Shown here piece by piece: positions 1-8,994 of a DNA stretch of 64,000 bases; position 1 is the stretch's first letter, and each line of letters opens with the position of its first letter. Both the position numbers and the translations under genes were made by a program. The stretch comes from an uncultured cyanobacterium (GTDB taxonomy: Bacteria > Cyanobacteriota > Cyanobacteriia > Leptolyngbyales > Leptolyngbyaceae): NCBI GenBank assembly GCA_963766075.1, contig CAVYAN010000051.1, positions 25,859 through 89,858 of the forward strand, read 5' to 3'. The notes below the pieces were generated by a model. The model saw only the letters and a list, made by a program, of their open reading frames with translations, was not told the origin of the DNA and did not search any database.

Positions 1-592
1 AATTGGGCGGACTGCCCGTAGCCCAGCCCGAGAGGATGACAGCATCGGCTAAGCCGCGTTCAATGGTATCTTGAACCGCCACCGTAAGATTAGGGGAACT
101 CAAGGGGCGAGCGTGCTTGACCAAGATATCCGCAAAGATTTTGACATCACTGCCCAATTCTCGCCGGTAGCGGAGCAACTCATGGGCGCGGCCTTCGATG
201 AAACCCTGATCCGTCGCCATTACCCCGGTCAAAACATTGACCCGAATAAAATGAGCGCGCGTGCAGGTGGCGATCGCCAAGGCACTGCGGGCATCGTTCC
301 GCAAAACGTTGAGACCAATGGGTAGAGGCACCATTTGCATCAGACGCTGCACAATCAAGCTCATGGCGCTCACCACCGCCGGATCAACTTGATCCTTGGC
401 AAAGGGCGCATCAAAAAAATTTTCGACAATAATGCCATCGACGCCCCCAGAGGCAAGGGCTGTGGCTTCGCGTTCGGCCCGATCAACGACGGCCTTGAGG
501 CTACCGCCCCATTGGGCCGAAGTAGGCAGCGGCAAGAGGTGGACGACACCAATTACCGGGTTTGAGGTTTTGAAGATTTGATTTAAGTCCAC
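1..592 (-). CDS. btpA: Photosystem I biogenesis protein BtpA (3' end runs off the window)
   Basis: Not in the ORF track. Manual translation from GTG at 592 gives MDLNQIFKTSNPVIGVVHLLPLPTS...DGIIVENFFDAPF...GLNVLRND...FIRVNVLTGVMATDQGFIEG...ADILVKH, the BtpA/SgcQ family motifs. Confidence 0.92.
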   Translation of the reverse strand, partial: MDLNQIFKTSNPVIGVVHLLPLPTSAQWGGSLKAVVDRAEREATALASGGVDGIIVENFFDAPFAKDQVDPAVVSAMSLIVQRLMQMVPLPIGLNVLRNDARSALAIATCTRAHFIRVNVLTGVMATDQGFIEGRAHELLRYRRELGSDVKIFADILVKHARPLSSPNLTVAVQDTIERGLADAVILSGWATGSPPN

Positions 593-679
593 GGGCGTAT
601 AAATTTTGGACCCATCTAATTAAGTTTGATGATCCAAATGATAACTGTTTACGGGGCGATCGCCCTGGGAATCCCTGCC

Positions 680-2110
680 TTAATCAGGCACTTCCAGTAC
701 TAAATCGGCTTCGCCCTGATGGGTTGTCTTGACCCACTTCAGGCGTTTAGAACGAACAGCCACCCGCGCCGTCATGCTGGACACGACGGGGATCCAGTGA
801 AACAGGTAGACAATCGTGTAGAGAATCTGCCACAGCATCCGGAGCAGTGCCCTCCCCGGGGTGGGCACTGGGCGCTGAACATGACGCATTTGCCGGAGGG
901 CAAAACCAATGCCAATCACCTGCAAGGCTAGGGTAAAGGCCGTTAGCGGTGTCAGTAGGAGCGGCTGGCGCAGCAACACTGACATCAGCAGATCCGGCAG
1001 CATAGCGGTGGGCAAAAGATACTGAATCACCCAAAAGCAAGCCAGATCAATGGTTTTGAGGGTACCCATGCGATTTCCAACCAGGGGCTGCCAGTAGTCC
1101 AGATACCGTTGGTAGCCCCCTTCGATCCAGCGATTACGCTGATGCCATAGGGCGATCGCCTCAGTGACCCCCTCTTCTTCGACCTGAGGCACCATCATAA
1201 AATCCACATCCCAGTGGTCCAGATGCAAACGAATGGTTAAATCCAGGTCATCGGTGATGGTTTCTTCGTTCCAGCCACCGCAGCGCTCCAAGGCAGCCCG
1301 CCGCACAAACTGGCCATTGCCCCGCAATTCACCAATGCCGCCCACCGCAATCCGCTGCTGTTGAAAATAAGAATCGAGCAGCATTTCCACGGATTGACCA
1401 CGGGTCCAAAAGTTTTCCGATCCGTTGGAGATAGACTTGCGCACCTGGATCGCGCCCAGATTTTGCCGTTGAAACAGGGGTAGAACGCGGCGCAGCATAT
1501 CCTGGGGCACTTGGGCATCGGCATCGAAGACGGCGATGAATTCCCCCTGGGTAAGCGGCAGTACCTGGTTCAGGGCCCCGGACTTGCCTCCACCCGCATC
1601 AGCGGCCCGATGAACCACCCGGAGTTGCTCGTACTCCTGAGTCAGTTGGTCTAGATAAAGCCCCGTGCGATCGCTGCTGTTGTCATCAATCACCCACAGC
1701 TCATAGCATTGGGGCGGATAATCCAAGCTGCACAGCGTTTTTACAAGGCGACCAATGACAGCCTCTTCATTCTTAGCCGCCACCATCAACGTCACCAGGG
1801 GCAGATGCGCTGGATCCGCCACAGTGAGAGGGGAAGGCATCGATCGCGATCGCGCCGTCAGAATGCGCCCTGCATGAATACTCAGCAGCGCCGTTAAACC
1901 CAGCGCCACCCAGTAGCCCCACAGGACCAAGTGCAACGCAATTGTGCCCATCCAAATTGTACAAAATACGATCGCCGCCTTACGGCGACGGCGATCGCGC
2001 TTAGGATTTTCGGGATCCTCCTCATCCTCCAACGGCGACAGGTCGGCTAGGAGCGCGCCAAGCTCCAGCTCGTTGTAGGAATCGTTTTCTCGCCAAGAAC
2101 TCTCCGGCAT
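680..2110 (-). CDS. mgdA: Monoglucosyldiacylglycerol synthase (GT2)
   Basis: GT2 motifs (AAKNEE, DDNSSD, GGGKSGALN, FDAD, TDDLD, QRNRW), N-terminal MPESSW..DSY..L and ELRGNGQF segment typical of cyanobacterial MgdA, with TM helices at both ends. Confidence 0.88.
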   Translation of the reverse strand: MPESSWRENDSYNELELGALLADLSPLEDEEDPENPKRDRRRRKAAIVFCTIWMGTIALHLVLWGYWVALGLTALLSIHAGRILTARSRSMPSPLTVADPAHLPLVTLMVAAKNEEAVIGRLVKTLCSLDYPPQCYELWVIDDNSSDRTGLYLDQLTQEYEQLRVVHRAADAGGGKSGALNQVLPLTQGEFIAVFDADAQVPQDMLRRVLPLFQRQNLGAIQVRKSISNGSENFWTRGQSVEMLLDSYFQQQRIAVGGIGELRGNGQFVRRAALERCGGWNEETITDDLDLTIRLHLDHWDVDFMMVPQVEEEGVTEAIALWHQRNRWIEGGYQRYLDYWQPLVGNRMGTLKTIDLACFWVIQYLLPTAMLPDLLMSVLLRQPLLLTPLTAFTLALQVIGIGFALRQMRHVQRPVPTPGRALLRMLWQILYTIVYLFHWIPVVSSMTARVAVRSKRLKWVKTTHQGEADLVLEVPD

Positions 2111-3041
2111 AGGTCACTTGATTCAACACCCAATATTTGTCAAAACCCTTAAAGAAGCTCGGGATGAGATAACACCACACCGTGCACCCTTCACACACTG
2201 ACAGTTTCCCCTGAGACTGGCGGTACTGCTCCACAATTTCCGATTCTCGGTACAAATCATAGAGATTACCGTTAATCGCCACGCCTTCCTGGGCAAAGTG
2301 GTAGCAGGGCAGCAGCAGCTCATCATGGGGAGAAATAGCAATCACCGCATCCACCGCCTTACAGCGCGGACTCTCGGTTTTGTTGCCACCATCCTCAATA
2401 AAGGCTAAGGAAGCCTTATTGTAACCAAGATTACCGTATTGCTTCGCTGCCGACTCGATCGCGGCCACCATCTCTGGCGTGGGATTCTTCTTGGCGTTGT
2501 AATTGCTATGAGCCGTAAAAGCAGGATTGAGCCAGATTCGGGCATTTAAACGCAGCCCCAATTCGGCGACTTCACCAATCCGGTGATAGTTCTGGGCCGT
2601 CACCGTGTGGTTCAGCACCGGATACTCCCCTAAATCTTGCGCAATCTTCACAGATTCCACCAAGGTGTCGAATATTTTCACCCCTCGGGACTGGTCATGG
2701 GTTTCCGCATCCGCCCCATCTAGGGAAAAATTCAGGAAATCGATGAGCCCCCGCATTTCCCTAGCCCGCTTTGGATACAGGATTGTATTCGTGGTCATGC
2801 TGGTGTAGAAACCTTGACGCTTGGCTTCGGCGTAGATTTCATGGGCGTCTGCCCGCAGTAGGGGTTCGCCCCCGGTGAAGTCCACGTACTTCACCCCCAA
2901 CCGTCGCAAGTCCTGCAAATTTTTCTGAATTGTGCCAAAATCTGCTTCCTGTTTTGGCTCCAGTGCCCAGATATCACAAAAGTGACAGCGAGCATTGCAG
3001 CGATAGGTCAGATAATAGTTTGCAACCAAAGGTGCGGCCAT
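2022..3041 (-). CDS. Radical SAM protein with C-terminal auxiliary Fe-S (twitch/SPASM-like) cysteines
   Basis: CNARCHFC (CX3CX2C), FTGGEPLL, SLDG, and C-terminal C..PC..CEGCTVWC. ATG at 3041 preferred over the ORF-track start at 3116. Overlaps the mgdA 5' end by 89 nt. Confidence 0.88.
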   Translation of the reverse strand: MAAPLVANYYLTYRCNARCHFCDIWALEPKQEADFGTIQKNLQDLRRLGVKYVDFTGGEPLLRADAHEIYAEAKRQGFYTSMTTNTILYPKRAREMRGLIDFLNFSLDGADAETHDQSRGVKIFDTLVESVKIAQDLGEYPVLNHTVTAQNYHRIGEVAELGLRLNARIWLNPAFTAHSNYNAKKNPTPEMVAAIESAAKQYGNLGYNKASLAFIEDGGNKTESPRCKAVDAVIAISPHDELLLPCYHFAQEGVAINGNLYDLYRESEIVEQYRQSQGKLSVCEGCTVWCYLIPSFFKGFDKYWVLNQVTYAGEFLARKRFLQRAGAWRAPSRPVAVGG

Positions 3042-3527
3042 AAATTTTCTTAACCATTGATCGGCGTCGGATTCCACAATACGACTTGGCACCCAGCAAA
3101 GACAAGTGTTTGTCAATTGGGATTTTGCGGATGTCTCCTCCCTGACAATAGGCTAGGCCGTATCCCAAAGACTGTAGCGGCTGCCTGCACGGCTTTTCCC
3201 GGGGTTTGCACACTCCGGCAAGGACTTTGGGAATACTGTATTATACGTACTCTGAAGGTTGGGTTACCCCAATGCTAAACTGAGTGCATTCCATAGCTGG
3301 CAAAATTCACCCTCTAGAGGTTTGTCCCTTGGGATTAATCCTTTTGGGGAATCTGATTTTTTAGAGATGGCGTTTCTACGATTGAACGGTTTTTGAGATC
3401 GTGGGTTTGAAGCCATCCTGGTTTTTGAAATCCCTGGTTTTCTGAAACGACACAGGTTTTCTGAAAGAACACTATTGAAATCGCACTGTATCGCACTGTC
3501 GAGATTGCACTGTTAGGAAAATTGAGT

Positions 3528-3905
3528 ATGTCTCTGGACAAGCTTCAGCCCGCTCCCAATCAGCATGTTGGCGTTTACATGCCCTACTATCCCCAGCCCG
3601 CTAAACGGCAGGTTTTGCCCTTGGCAATTGGCCTGTACCAGCAAGGTTCTCTAGAAGGCGATCGCAAAATTGAGGGTGGAGAGAGTATTCCCTTCATTGC
3701 GACTTGGAACGTTTCCACTCTACCCGCCGACCTCACTCGGTGCCGCGTGCAGTTTGATGGCAACGCAGAACTGAGCTATGAGTTAATGATGGCCAACTTT
3801 GAATTTGTCGATTTTCTGATCGAGGTGATCAACAACTACAGACGGGCGCGCTCCTCTGACTTTTCGCAAGGGTTCTACCGCAAAATGCTGCGTGTTGATG
3901 ACTAG
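3528..3905 (+). CDS. ebsA: Type IV pilus/secretion-associated protein EbsA, copy 1
   Basis: 125 aa with VYMPYY...LPLAIGLYQQGSLEG.RKIEGG..IPF.ATW...LPADLTRCRVQFDGNAELSYE...DFSQGFYRKML, recognised as the cyanobacterial EbsA family. Confidence 0.85.
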   Translation: MSLDKLQPAPNQHVGVYMPYYPQPAKRQVLPLAIGLYQQGSLEGDRKIEGGESIPFIATWNVSTLPADLTRCRVQFDGNAELSYELMMANFEFVDFLIEVINNYRRARSSDFSQGFYRKMLRVDD

Positions 3906-3930
3906 TGTTGCACTGTTAGGAAAATTGAGC

Positions 3931-4308
3931 ATGTCTCTGGATAATCTTCAGCCCGCTCCCAATCAGCATGTTGGCATTTACAAGCCCTACTATCCCCATG
4001 CCACTAAGCAGCAGGTTTTGCCCTTGGCAATTGGGCTGTACCAGCAAGGTTCCCTAGAAGGCGATCGCAAAATTGAGGGTGGAGAGAGTATTCCCTTCAT
4101 TGCGACTTGGAACGTTTCCACTCTACCCGCCGACCTCACTCGGTGCCGCGTGCAGTTTGATGGCAACGCAGAACTGAGCTATGAGTTAATGATGGCCAAC
4201 TTTGAATTTGTCGATTTTCTGATCGAGGTGATCAATAACTATAGACGGGCGCGCTCCTCTGACTTTTCGCAAGGGTTCTACCGCAAAATGCTGCGCGTTG
4301 ATGACTAG
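3931..4308 (+). CDS. ebsA: EbsA, copy 2 (7 amino-acid differences from copy 1)
   Basis: Near-identical copy offset by 403 nt, with an intact ORF and the same upstream AGGAAAATTGAG. Confidence 0.82.
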   Translation: MSLDNLQPAPNQHVGIYKPYYPHATKQQVLPLAIGLYQQGSLEGDRKIEGGESIPFIATWNVSTLPADLTRCRVQFDGNAELSYELMMANFEFVDFLIEVINNYRRARSSDFSQGFYRKMLRVDD

Positions 4309-4352
4309 TGTTCATGACAGGATTCGCAGATAGAAGGCGAGTCAGGCCCTGA

Positions 4353-4465
4353 GGAGGTTTCCGACAAATAATACCTGCTGGCTACCCTAGGCCAGCGAAA
4401 GATCGCTCCCTTCGACTTCGCTCAGGGAGCGATCTCGGTCGGTATAATTTTTCCTGGAAATCGCC
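4353..4465 (+). mobile_element. MITE-like dispersed repeat, copy A (short form)
   Basis: GGAGGTTTCC...GGAAATCGCC ends flanked by TGA/TTA. Shares CGACAAATAATA, GCTGGCTACCCT and TCTCGGTCGGTATAATTTTTCCTG with copies at ~24.2 kb and ~53.0 kb. The right flank TTA is the truB stop codon. Confidence 0.8.
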
Positions 4466-5413
4466 TTAGATGGGTTCAAACACCATTTCCGGCACCAGAA
4501 TCGTCTGCAAGTTGGCATCTACCCCGGCAAGACCAATTCCGAGAAAACGGCTGTCCTGATCCTGGATCCGGAAGGTGGCTCTCGGAATTTCTGTATTGAG
4601 AATTTCCGTATCGAGAGGAATCGCGGCATTGAGTAAAGGCAACGACAGGGTTTCCCAAGGAATTTTTTGCCCTTGGCACCAGCGACGGGCAATGTCAGCG
4701 GGCAGGACGATCGCAGGCAAATGGTCCAACACCTGATCCGGTGCCATCGGTTGAATCTGGTCCGGTAACATCTGTGTCAAATCCGCCAAGGTAATACTAT
4801 CCGCCAGGGCAAAACCGCTGCTGTGGGTGCGGGTCAATTGGGCCAAGGTGCCGCCTACGCCCATCACTGTGCCCAGATCGCGGGCGATCGCCCGAATATA
4901 GGTCCCGGGACCACAGGCAATCATCAGGTCCACCTCCGGGAATTCTCCCGATCGCCAGTCTAGGACATCAATGCGGAAAACCTCCACTTCTCGGGCTTTC
5001 ACAGTGATTTCCTTGCCCTCTCGGGCCAGGTCGTACAGCCGTTTACCTTGGACTTGAATGGCACTGTAGTTCGGGGGAATTTGTTGGATTTTTCCTTGAA
5101 ACTGGTGCAGGGCCGTCTTAATCTGAGCCAAGTCGAGGGTGGACGCAGGCTGGATCGCCAGGGTTTCACCCTGTAGATCGTCCGTGGTGGTTTGCAGGCC
5201 CAGACGAATGGTAGCGCGATAGGCTTTATCCTCGCGGAGGAATTGCAGAAGCCGGGTAGCCTTACCGAGGGCGATGGGCAAAACCCCTGTAGCGGCGGGA
5301 TCTAGAGTGCCCGCATGGCCAACCCGCTTCATCTTTAAAATACGCCGCACTTTGGCCACGCAGTCATGGGAGGTGAAGCCGCTGGGCTTATTGAGATTCA
5401 GAAATCCATCCAC
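4466..5413 (-). CDS. truB: tRNA pseudouridine(55) synthase
   Basis: GFLNLNKPSGFTSHD, VGHAGTLDPAATGVL, PPNYSAI, CGPGTYIRAIARDLG. Confidence 0.97.
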   Translation of the reverse strand: MDGFLNLNKPSGFTSHDCVAKVRRILKMKRVGHAGTLDPAATGVLPIALGKATRLLQFLREDKAYRATIRLGLQTTTDDLQGETLAIQPASTLDLAQIKTALHQFQGKIQQIPPNYSAIQVQGKRLYDLAREGKEITVKAREVEVFRIDVLDWRSGEFPEVDLMIACGPGTYIRAIARDLGTVMGVGGTLAQLTRTHSSGFALADSITLADLTQMLPDQIQPMAPDQVLDHLPAIVLPADIARRWCQGQKIPWETLSLPLLNAAIPLDTEILNTEIPRATFRIQDQDSRFLGIGLAGVDANLQTILVPEMVFEPI

Positions 5414-5624
5414 GGCGTCAGCAAGAGATAAGGGGGATAGGTGAGAGTGGATATAATAGTCCGATTCATTTCAGAATAGGGAGCTTTTTTCCTGATTTCA
5501 TCCCAAACTCTGCGTATAGCTCAATAGCCCACCCCCTACCCAAATAGCGGCAGAGCCCGTTTTTGGCCAGCCCGTGCCGTGGTTCTACGGGGATTGGGTA
5601 TTGTTCATGAGTGAATTCTGGTCT

Positions 5625-7265
5625 ATGCGTGATTCCATCCTGGCCCTGGGTACGTTGGCGACTCTCATGACTCAGGATCTCGCCCACTTTACCAACATTG
5701 GGCAAAATCCCCTGCCCCCAGATTCTGACAACCCAGCTACCGAGGCTGAAAATCAGCCCACAGAGGCGATACCCGTCGCCAATGTGCTGGCAGTCCATCC
5801 CGAAAGTCATGATTTTCCAAGCTTTGTGGGCGATCGCCCCTCAATTGCCAGCACGTCTCGGCCTGCTCCCCGCTTAGCACCCATGGAGAACCCTGTCGCC
5901 CTTGCCCCAGTCACGACGGCTATCACGTCACAGCCAATCACAACAGAGCCGACAACACCACAACCAATCACACCAGAGTCGGCAACACCACAACCGATCA
6001 CACCAGAGCCAGCAACACCACAACCAATCACACCACACCGCCCCACGGCTAAGCCGATGCAAGCTGAGTCTGCCCTCTCATTGGCGATCGCCCCATCCCA
6101 AGGCCAGTCCGCGATCGCGGCGACATCAAATGCATCCATGACTCCCCGCGCCATCGCCCCCGTCACCGCCCTGACCAATATCCAGACCCATCCTAAAGCA
6201 CACGAAATCACCACTCTAGCTGAAAAGGGTGTGGTTGAAGGCTATCAGGATGGGACATTTCGGCCCGATAGCTATGTCACCGAGACAGAGTTTAGCCAAA
6301 TGATGCAAAAGGCATTTTCGCGATCACCGGAGGCCACCCCGCTATTTGAGCGCCCCAGTGGCGTCGTCACCCGCGCTGAAGCGGCTGAATTTGTCTATCA
6401 AAAGCTGCTAGCAGCCCAGGCAATTGCCACCGATGCCCCCACATCTCGCTCCCCTGCCGCCATGCCGTCCACTCCTGTACGGACAGAATGGGCGGGCACC
6501 CTCCCACCTCGCAATCCAGTCGCAATCCCGACGCCCGACAGTTCTCCACAAGTGCCGCAGCGGTTGAATACTGTTGCTACTAATAATCGGAGCGATCGCC
6601 CTGCCCCTGTCGTGCCACCAACGCAACCATCGAATTTAGCACCCCAAAAACAAACCCAGGAACAAGAACAGACTCAAAAACAGGCCCAGGAGCAAGCCCA
6701 AGCCCAAGCCCACAGGAAACTGCAACAAAAACTCGGGGGCCTGACGGGAACCAATAGCGCGACCTCAGTATCGACTTTGCGAATTGGCCCCATCCCACCC
6801 ACTGGCGGATTCTCTGCGGGCCAATCCGTACAGGCCCAGCATGGCCCCGGTCTGGATGTCGCGATCGCACCGGCACCAGCACCAGTCACACCGGAACGCA
6901 CCGGCGATCGCCAATCCGCCGGGATGCTGCGCGTGAGTGTAATGGGCGCGGTCAACCATCCCGGTCTGGTACAACTCCCCCTAAATGCATCCTTGACCAC
7001 GGTCGTGCAGGCCGCAGGCGGCTTTCGCGAGCCCAATGCCTCCCACTCCCTAGAGTTGATTCGCCTGAACGACAACGGCACCATCACCCACCGAACCATC
7101 CAGGTTGACCCCACACCCAGCGACCCTGCGCCCATGGCCTTACGCAATGATGATGTAGTGATTGTCAAACCCCAAACATCACCGCTGTGCCCTAGGGCAC
7201 AGGGACAACCTGTCCCCCTGGTCATGCAGCTTTTGGACACATCTTCACAGCCTGCCCTCGAATAA
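5625..7265 (+). CDS. Pro/Thr-rich envelope protein with SLH domain and C-terminal SLBB domain
   Basis: SLH motifs (GVVEGYQDGTFRPD..VT..EF, VTRAEAAEFVYQ), SLBB (VSVMGAVNHPG...VVQAAGGF...LIRLNDNG...LRNDDVVIV), PQPITPE and QEQ/QAQ repeats. Start uncertain (5574/5607/5625). Confidence 0.75.
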   Translation: MRDSILALGTLATLMTQDLAHFTNIGQNPLPPDSDNPATEAENQPTEAIPVANVLAVHPESHDFPSFVGDRPSIASTSRPAPRLAPMENPVALAPVTTAITSQPITTEPTTPQPITPESATPQPITPEPATPQPITPHRPTAKPMQAESALSLAIAPSQGQSAIAATSNASMTPRAIAPVTALTNIQTHPKAHEITTLAEKGVVEGYQDGTFRPDSYVTETEFSQMMQKAFSRSPEATPLFERPSGVVTRAEAAEFVYQKLLAAQAIATDAPTSRSPAAMPSTPVRTEWAGTLPPRNPVAIPTPDSSPQVPQRLNTVATNNRSDRPAPVVPPTQPSNLAPQKQTQEQEQTQKQAQEQAQAQAHRKLQQKLGGLTGTNSATSVSTLRIGPIPPTGGFSAGQSVQAQHGPGLDVAIAPAPAPVTPERTGDRQSAGMLRVSVMGAVNHPGLVQLPLNASLTTVVQAAGGFREPNASHSLELIRLNDNGTITHRTIQVDPTPSDPAPMALRNDDVVIVKPQTSPLCPRAQGQPVPLVMQLLDTSSQPALE

Positions 7266-7292
7266 CGCCGATCAAACCCCAACGGGGCAAAA

Positions 7293-7961
7293 TCAGGCGG
7301 GTTGTTTAATGGCTAAGGTTAACCCATCGGCGATCGGCACCATGCACATCGCCACCCGCGGATCGTGATGAATCTTCTGATTGAGATCGCGAATCTTTTG
7401 GGTACGGCTGTCTTGTACCGTGGGATCGGCTACAGCCCCACTCCACAGGACGTTGTCGATCGCAATCAAGCCACCTACCCGCACCAACTGTAAAGCCCGC
7501 TCATAATAGCCGTCGTAGTTACTCTTGTCCGCGTCAATAAATGCGAAGTCAAAGCTATTGGCTTGTCCTTCTGCCAAAAACCGATCCAAACTTTCCAAGG
7601 CTGGGGCAATATGCAAATCAATCCGGTCGGCCACTCCAGCCCGTTGCCAATAGCGCTGGGCGATCGCCGTATATTCCGCACTCACATCACAGGCCACCAC
7701 TTTGCCGCCAACGGGGAGTGCCAATGCCACCACTAAGGCACTATAGCCAGTAAATACCCCCACCTCCAGGGTTTTCTTTGCCCCGATCAGTTGCACCAGT
7801 AAGGCCATGAATTGCCCCTGCTCCGGGGCGATTTGCATTTGGCTCATGGCATGCTGGGCGGTTTCCTGTCGCAGTTCCGTCAAAATGTCCGGTTCTCGTA
7901 AGCAAACGGATCGCAGATAAGCGGACAAACGATCATCTAATCCAAAGGTTGTTTTCGACAT
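7293..7961 (-). CDS. Class I SAM-dependent O-methyltransferase (caffeoyl-CoA OMT-like)
   Basis: MQIAPEQGQF, LEVGVFTGYS, FDFAFIDADK, IDNVLWSG. Confidence 0.93.
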   Translation of the reverse strand: MSKTTFGLDDRLSAYLRSVCLREPDILTELRQETAQHAMSQMQIAPEQGQFMALLVQLIGAKKTLEVGVFTGYSALVVALALPVGGKVVACDVSAEYTAIAQRYWQRAGVADRIDLHIAPALESLDRFLAEGQANSFDFAFIDADKSNYDGYYERALQLVRVGGLIAIDNVLWSGAVADPTVQDSRTQKIRDLNQKIHHDPRVAMCMVPIADGLTLAIKQPA

Positions 7962-7996
7962 AGGTCAAGCGTGGGGAACTTCGTGAGCAAACACTA

Positions 7997-8044
7997 AAAG
8001 CCTAGGAGGATTAAAGCCTAGGAGGATTAAAGCCTAGGAGGATT
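7997..8044 (+). repeat. Perfect 3 x 16-bp tandem repeat AAAGCCTAGGAGGATT
   Basis: Units at 7997, 8013 and 8029. Confidence 0.95.
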
Positions 8045-8483
8045 ATAAATGGTGATCGATAATATTTGATGAATAATCGATAGTATTTGATGAATGTTTT
8101 ATATCCCAAGCCCGATATTCCCGATGCGATATTGCTCATAATTTTTCATAAAATACTCTCAGATTTTTGGGGCGATCGGGTGTAGAGTGCACGATGTTAT
8201 TTGACGGTTTAGAAACTCTCCAGACAAGATGATGTAAAACTTTCCGGAGATTCTAATGCCTACATTGCGTCAAGAGCATACCCACTATTTCAAACCTCAA
8301 ATAACTCAAATATTTCGCCTGAATAAAGGTCAAATATTTCACATTAATAAAGGTGCGGTTAGATTTTTCCTGTTTTTCCCGTTTTCAGAAACCTACACGC
8401 CATTAATATCGCCTTAATCATAAAGAGTCGCATCTTCCGCATGATTCCGGAGCAGCGTCCCGTTTAACCTGTCAGGAGTCCCC

Positions 8484-8915
8484 ATGAATCTACTGAAGTA
8501 CTTTGATCTGAATCAACGCGCCCGCCCCGTGCCCAGTGCCAAACGCCCTGGAATGCCTCAAAAGGCTGGCCGTATTGCTTGGCCTATATGGGACTTTACC
8601 CAGCCCCAGAAGGTCTTAGAGGCGGCTTGGCTAGCCTTTACCCACCAGGAGGCTGGCAGTATTTCCATGGCGGAACAACTCCTGATGTACTGTGGCGTAC
8701 TGGGCGGGGTCTATTTCAGTGGTGTGATTCGGGGGCAGGACTTCCGTCCCACCCTACTGTTGGCGGCGGTTGTGGCACTGATGATTATTCCGATCGCCTT
8801 CGAGAAACTCAGCATCAATCCCCGCGCCCCTCTAATTGTGCGTTTTGGGCTGTTTGTCCAGAACGGTGTGTTTTGGGATGTGCTGCTGCAAGCGATCGGG
8901 AATGCTCGACATTAA
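8484..8915 (+). CDS. Hypothetical small membrane protein
   Basis: AGGAG RBS before ATG and 2-3 hydrophobic segments, followed by a palindromic terminator-like site. Confidence 0.7.
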   Translation: MNLLKYFDLNQRARPVPSAKRPGMPQKAGRIAWPIWDFTQPQKVLEAAWLAFTHQEAGSISMAEQLLMYCGVLGGVYFSGVIRGQDFRPTLLLAAVVALMIIPIAFEKLSINPRAPLIVRFGLFVQNGVFWDVLLQAIGNARH

Positions 8916-8961
8916 TCGGGCATTACATTAATCCGGCATTAATCACTGGCCGTCTGTTGAC

Positions 8962-8994
8962 AAGTCAGCGGGGGCGATCGCCCCCGCTGACTTT
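8962..8994 (+). terminator. Perfect 32-bp palindrome centred on HIP1, probable terminator
   Basis: AAGTCAGCGGGGGCGA|TCGCCCCCGCTGACTT followed by T, located just after the 8484-8915 gene. Confidence 0.6.

Larger units (their letters stand above)
3505..4310 (+). repeat. 403-bp direct tandem duplication covering RBS plus ebsA
   Basis: TTGCACTGTTAGGAAAATTGAG at 3505 and 3908; both units end GATGACTAGTG. Confidence 0.97.

Noticed and set aside
3528..4308. ebsA pair as DGR template/variable repeat
   Set aside because: Differences are not adenine-specific and no reverse transcriptase is in the window.
7997..8044. Possible CRISPR array
   Set aside because: 16-bp units are contiguous with no spacers and there are no cas genes. 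The same applies to short repeats near 32615-32675, 35112-35143 and 41513-41549.
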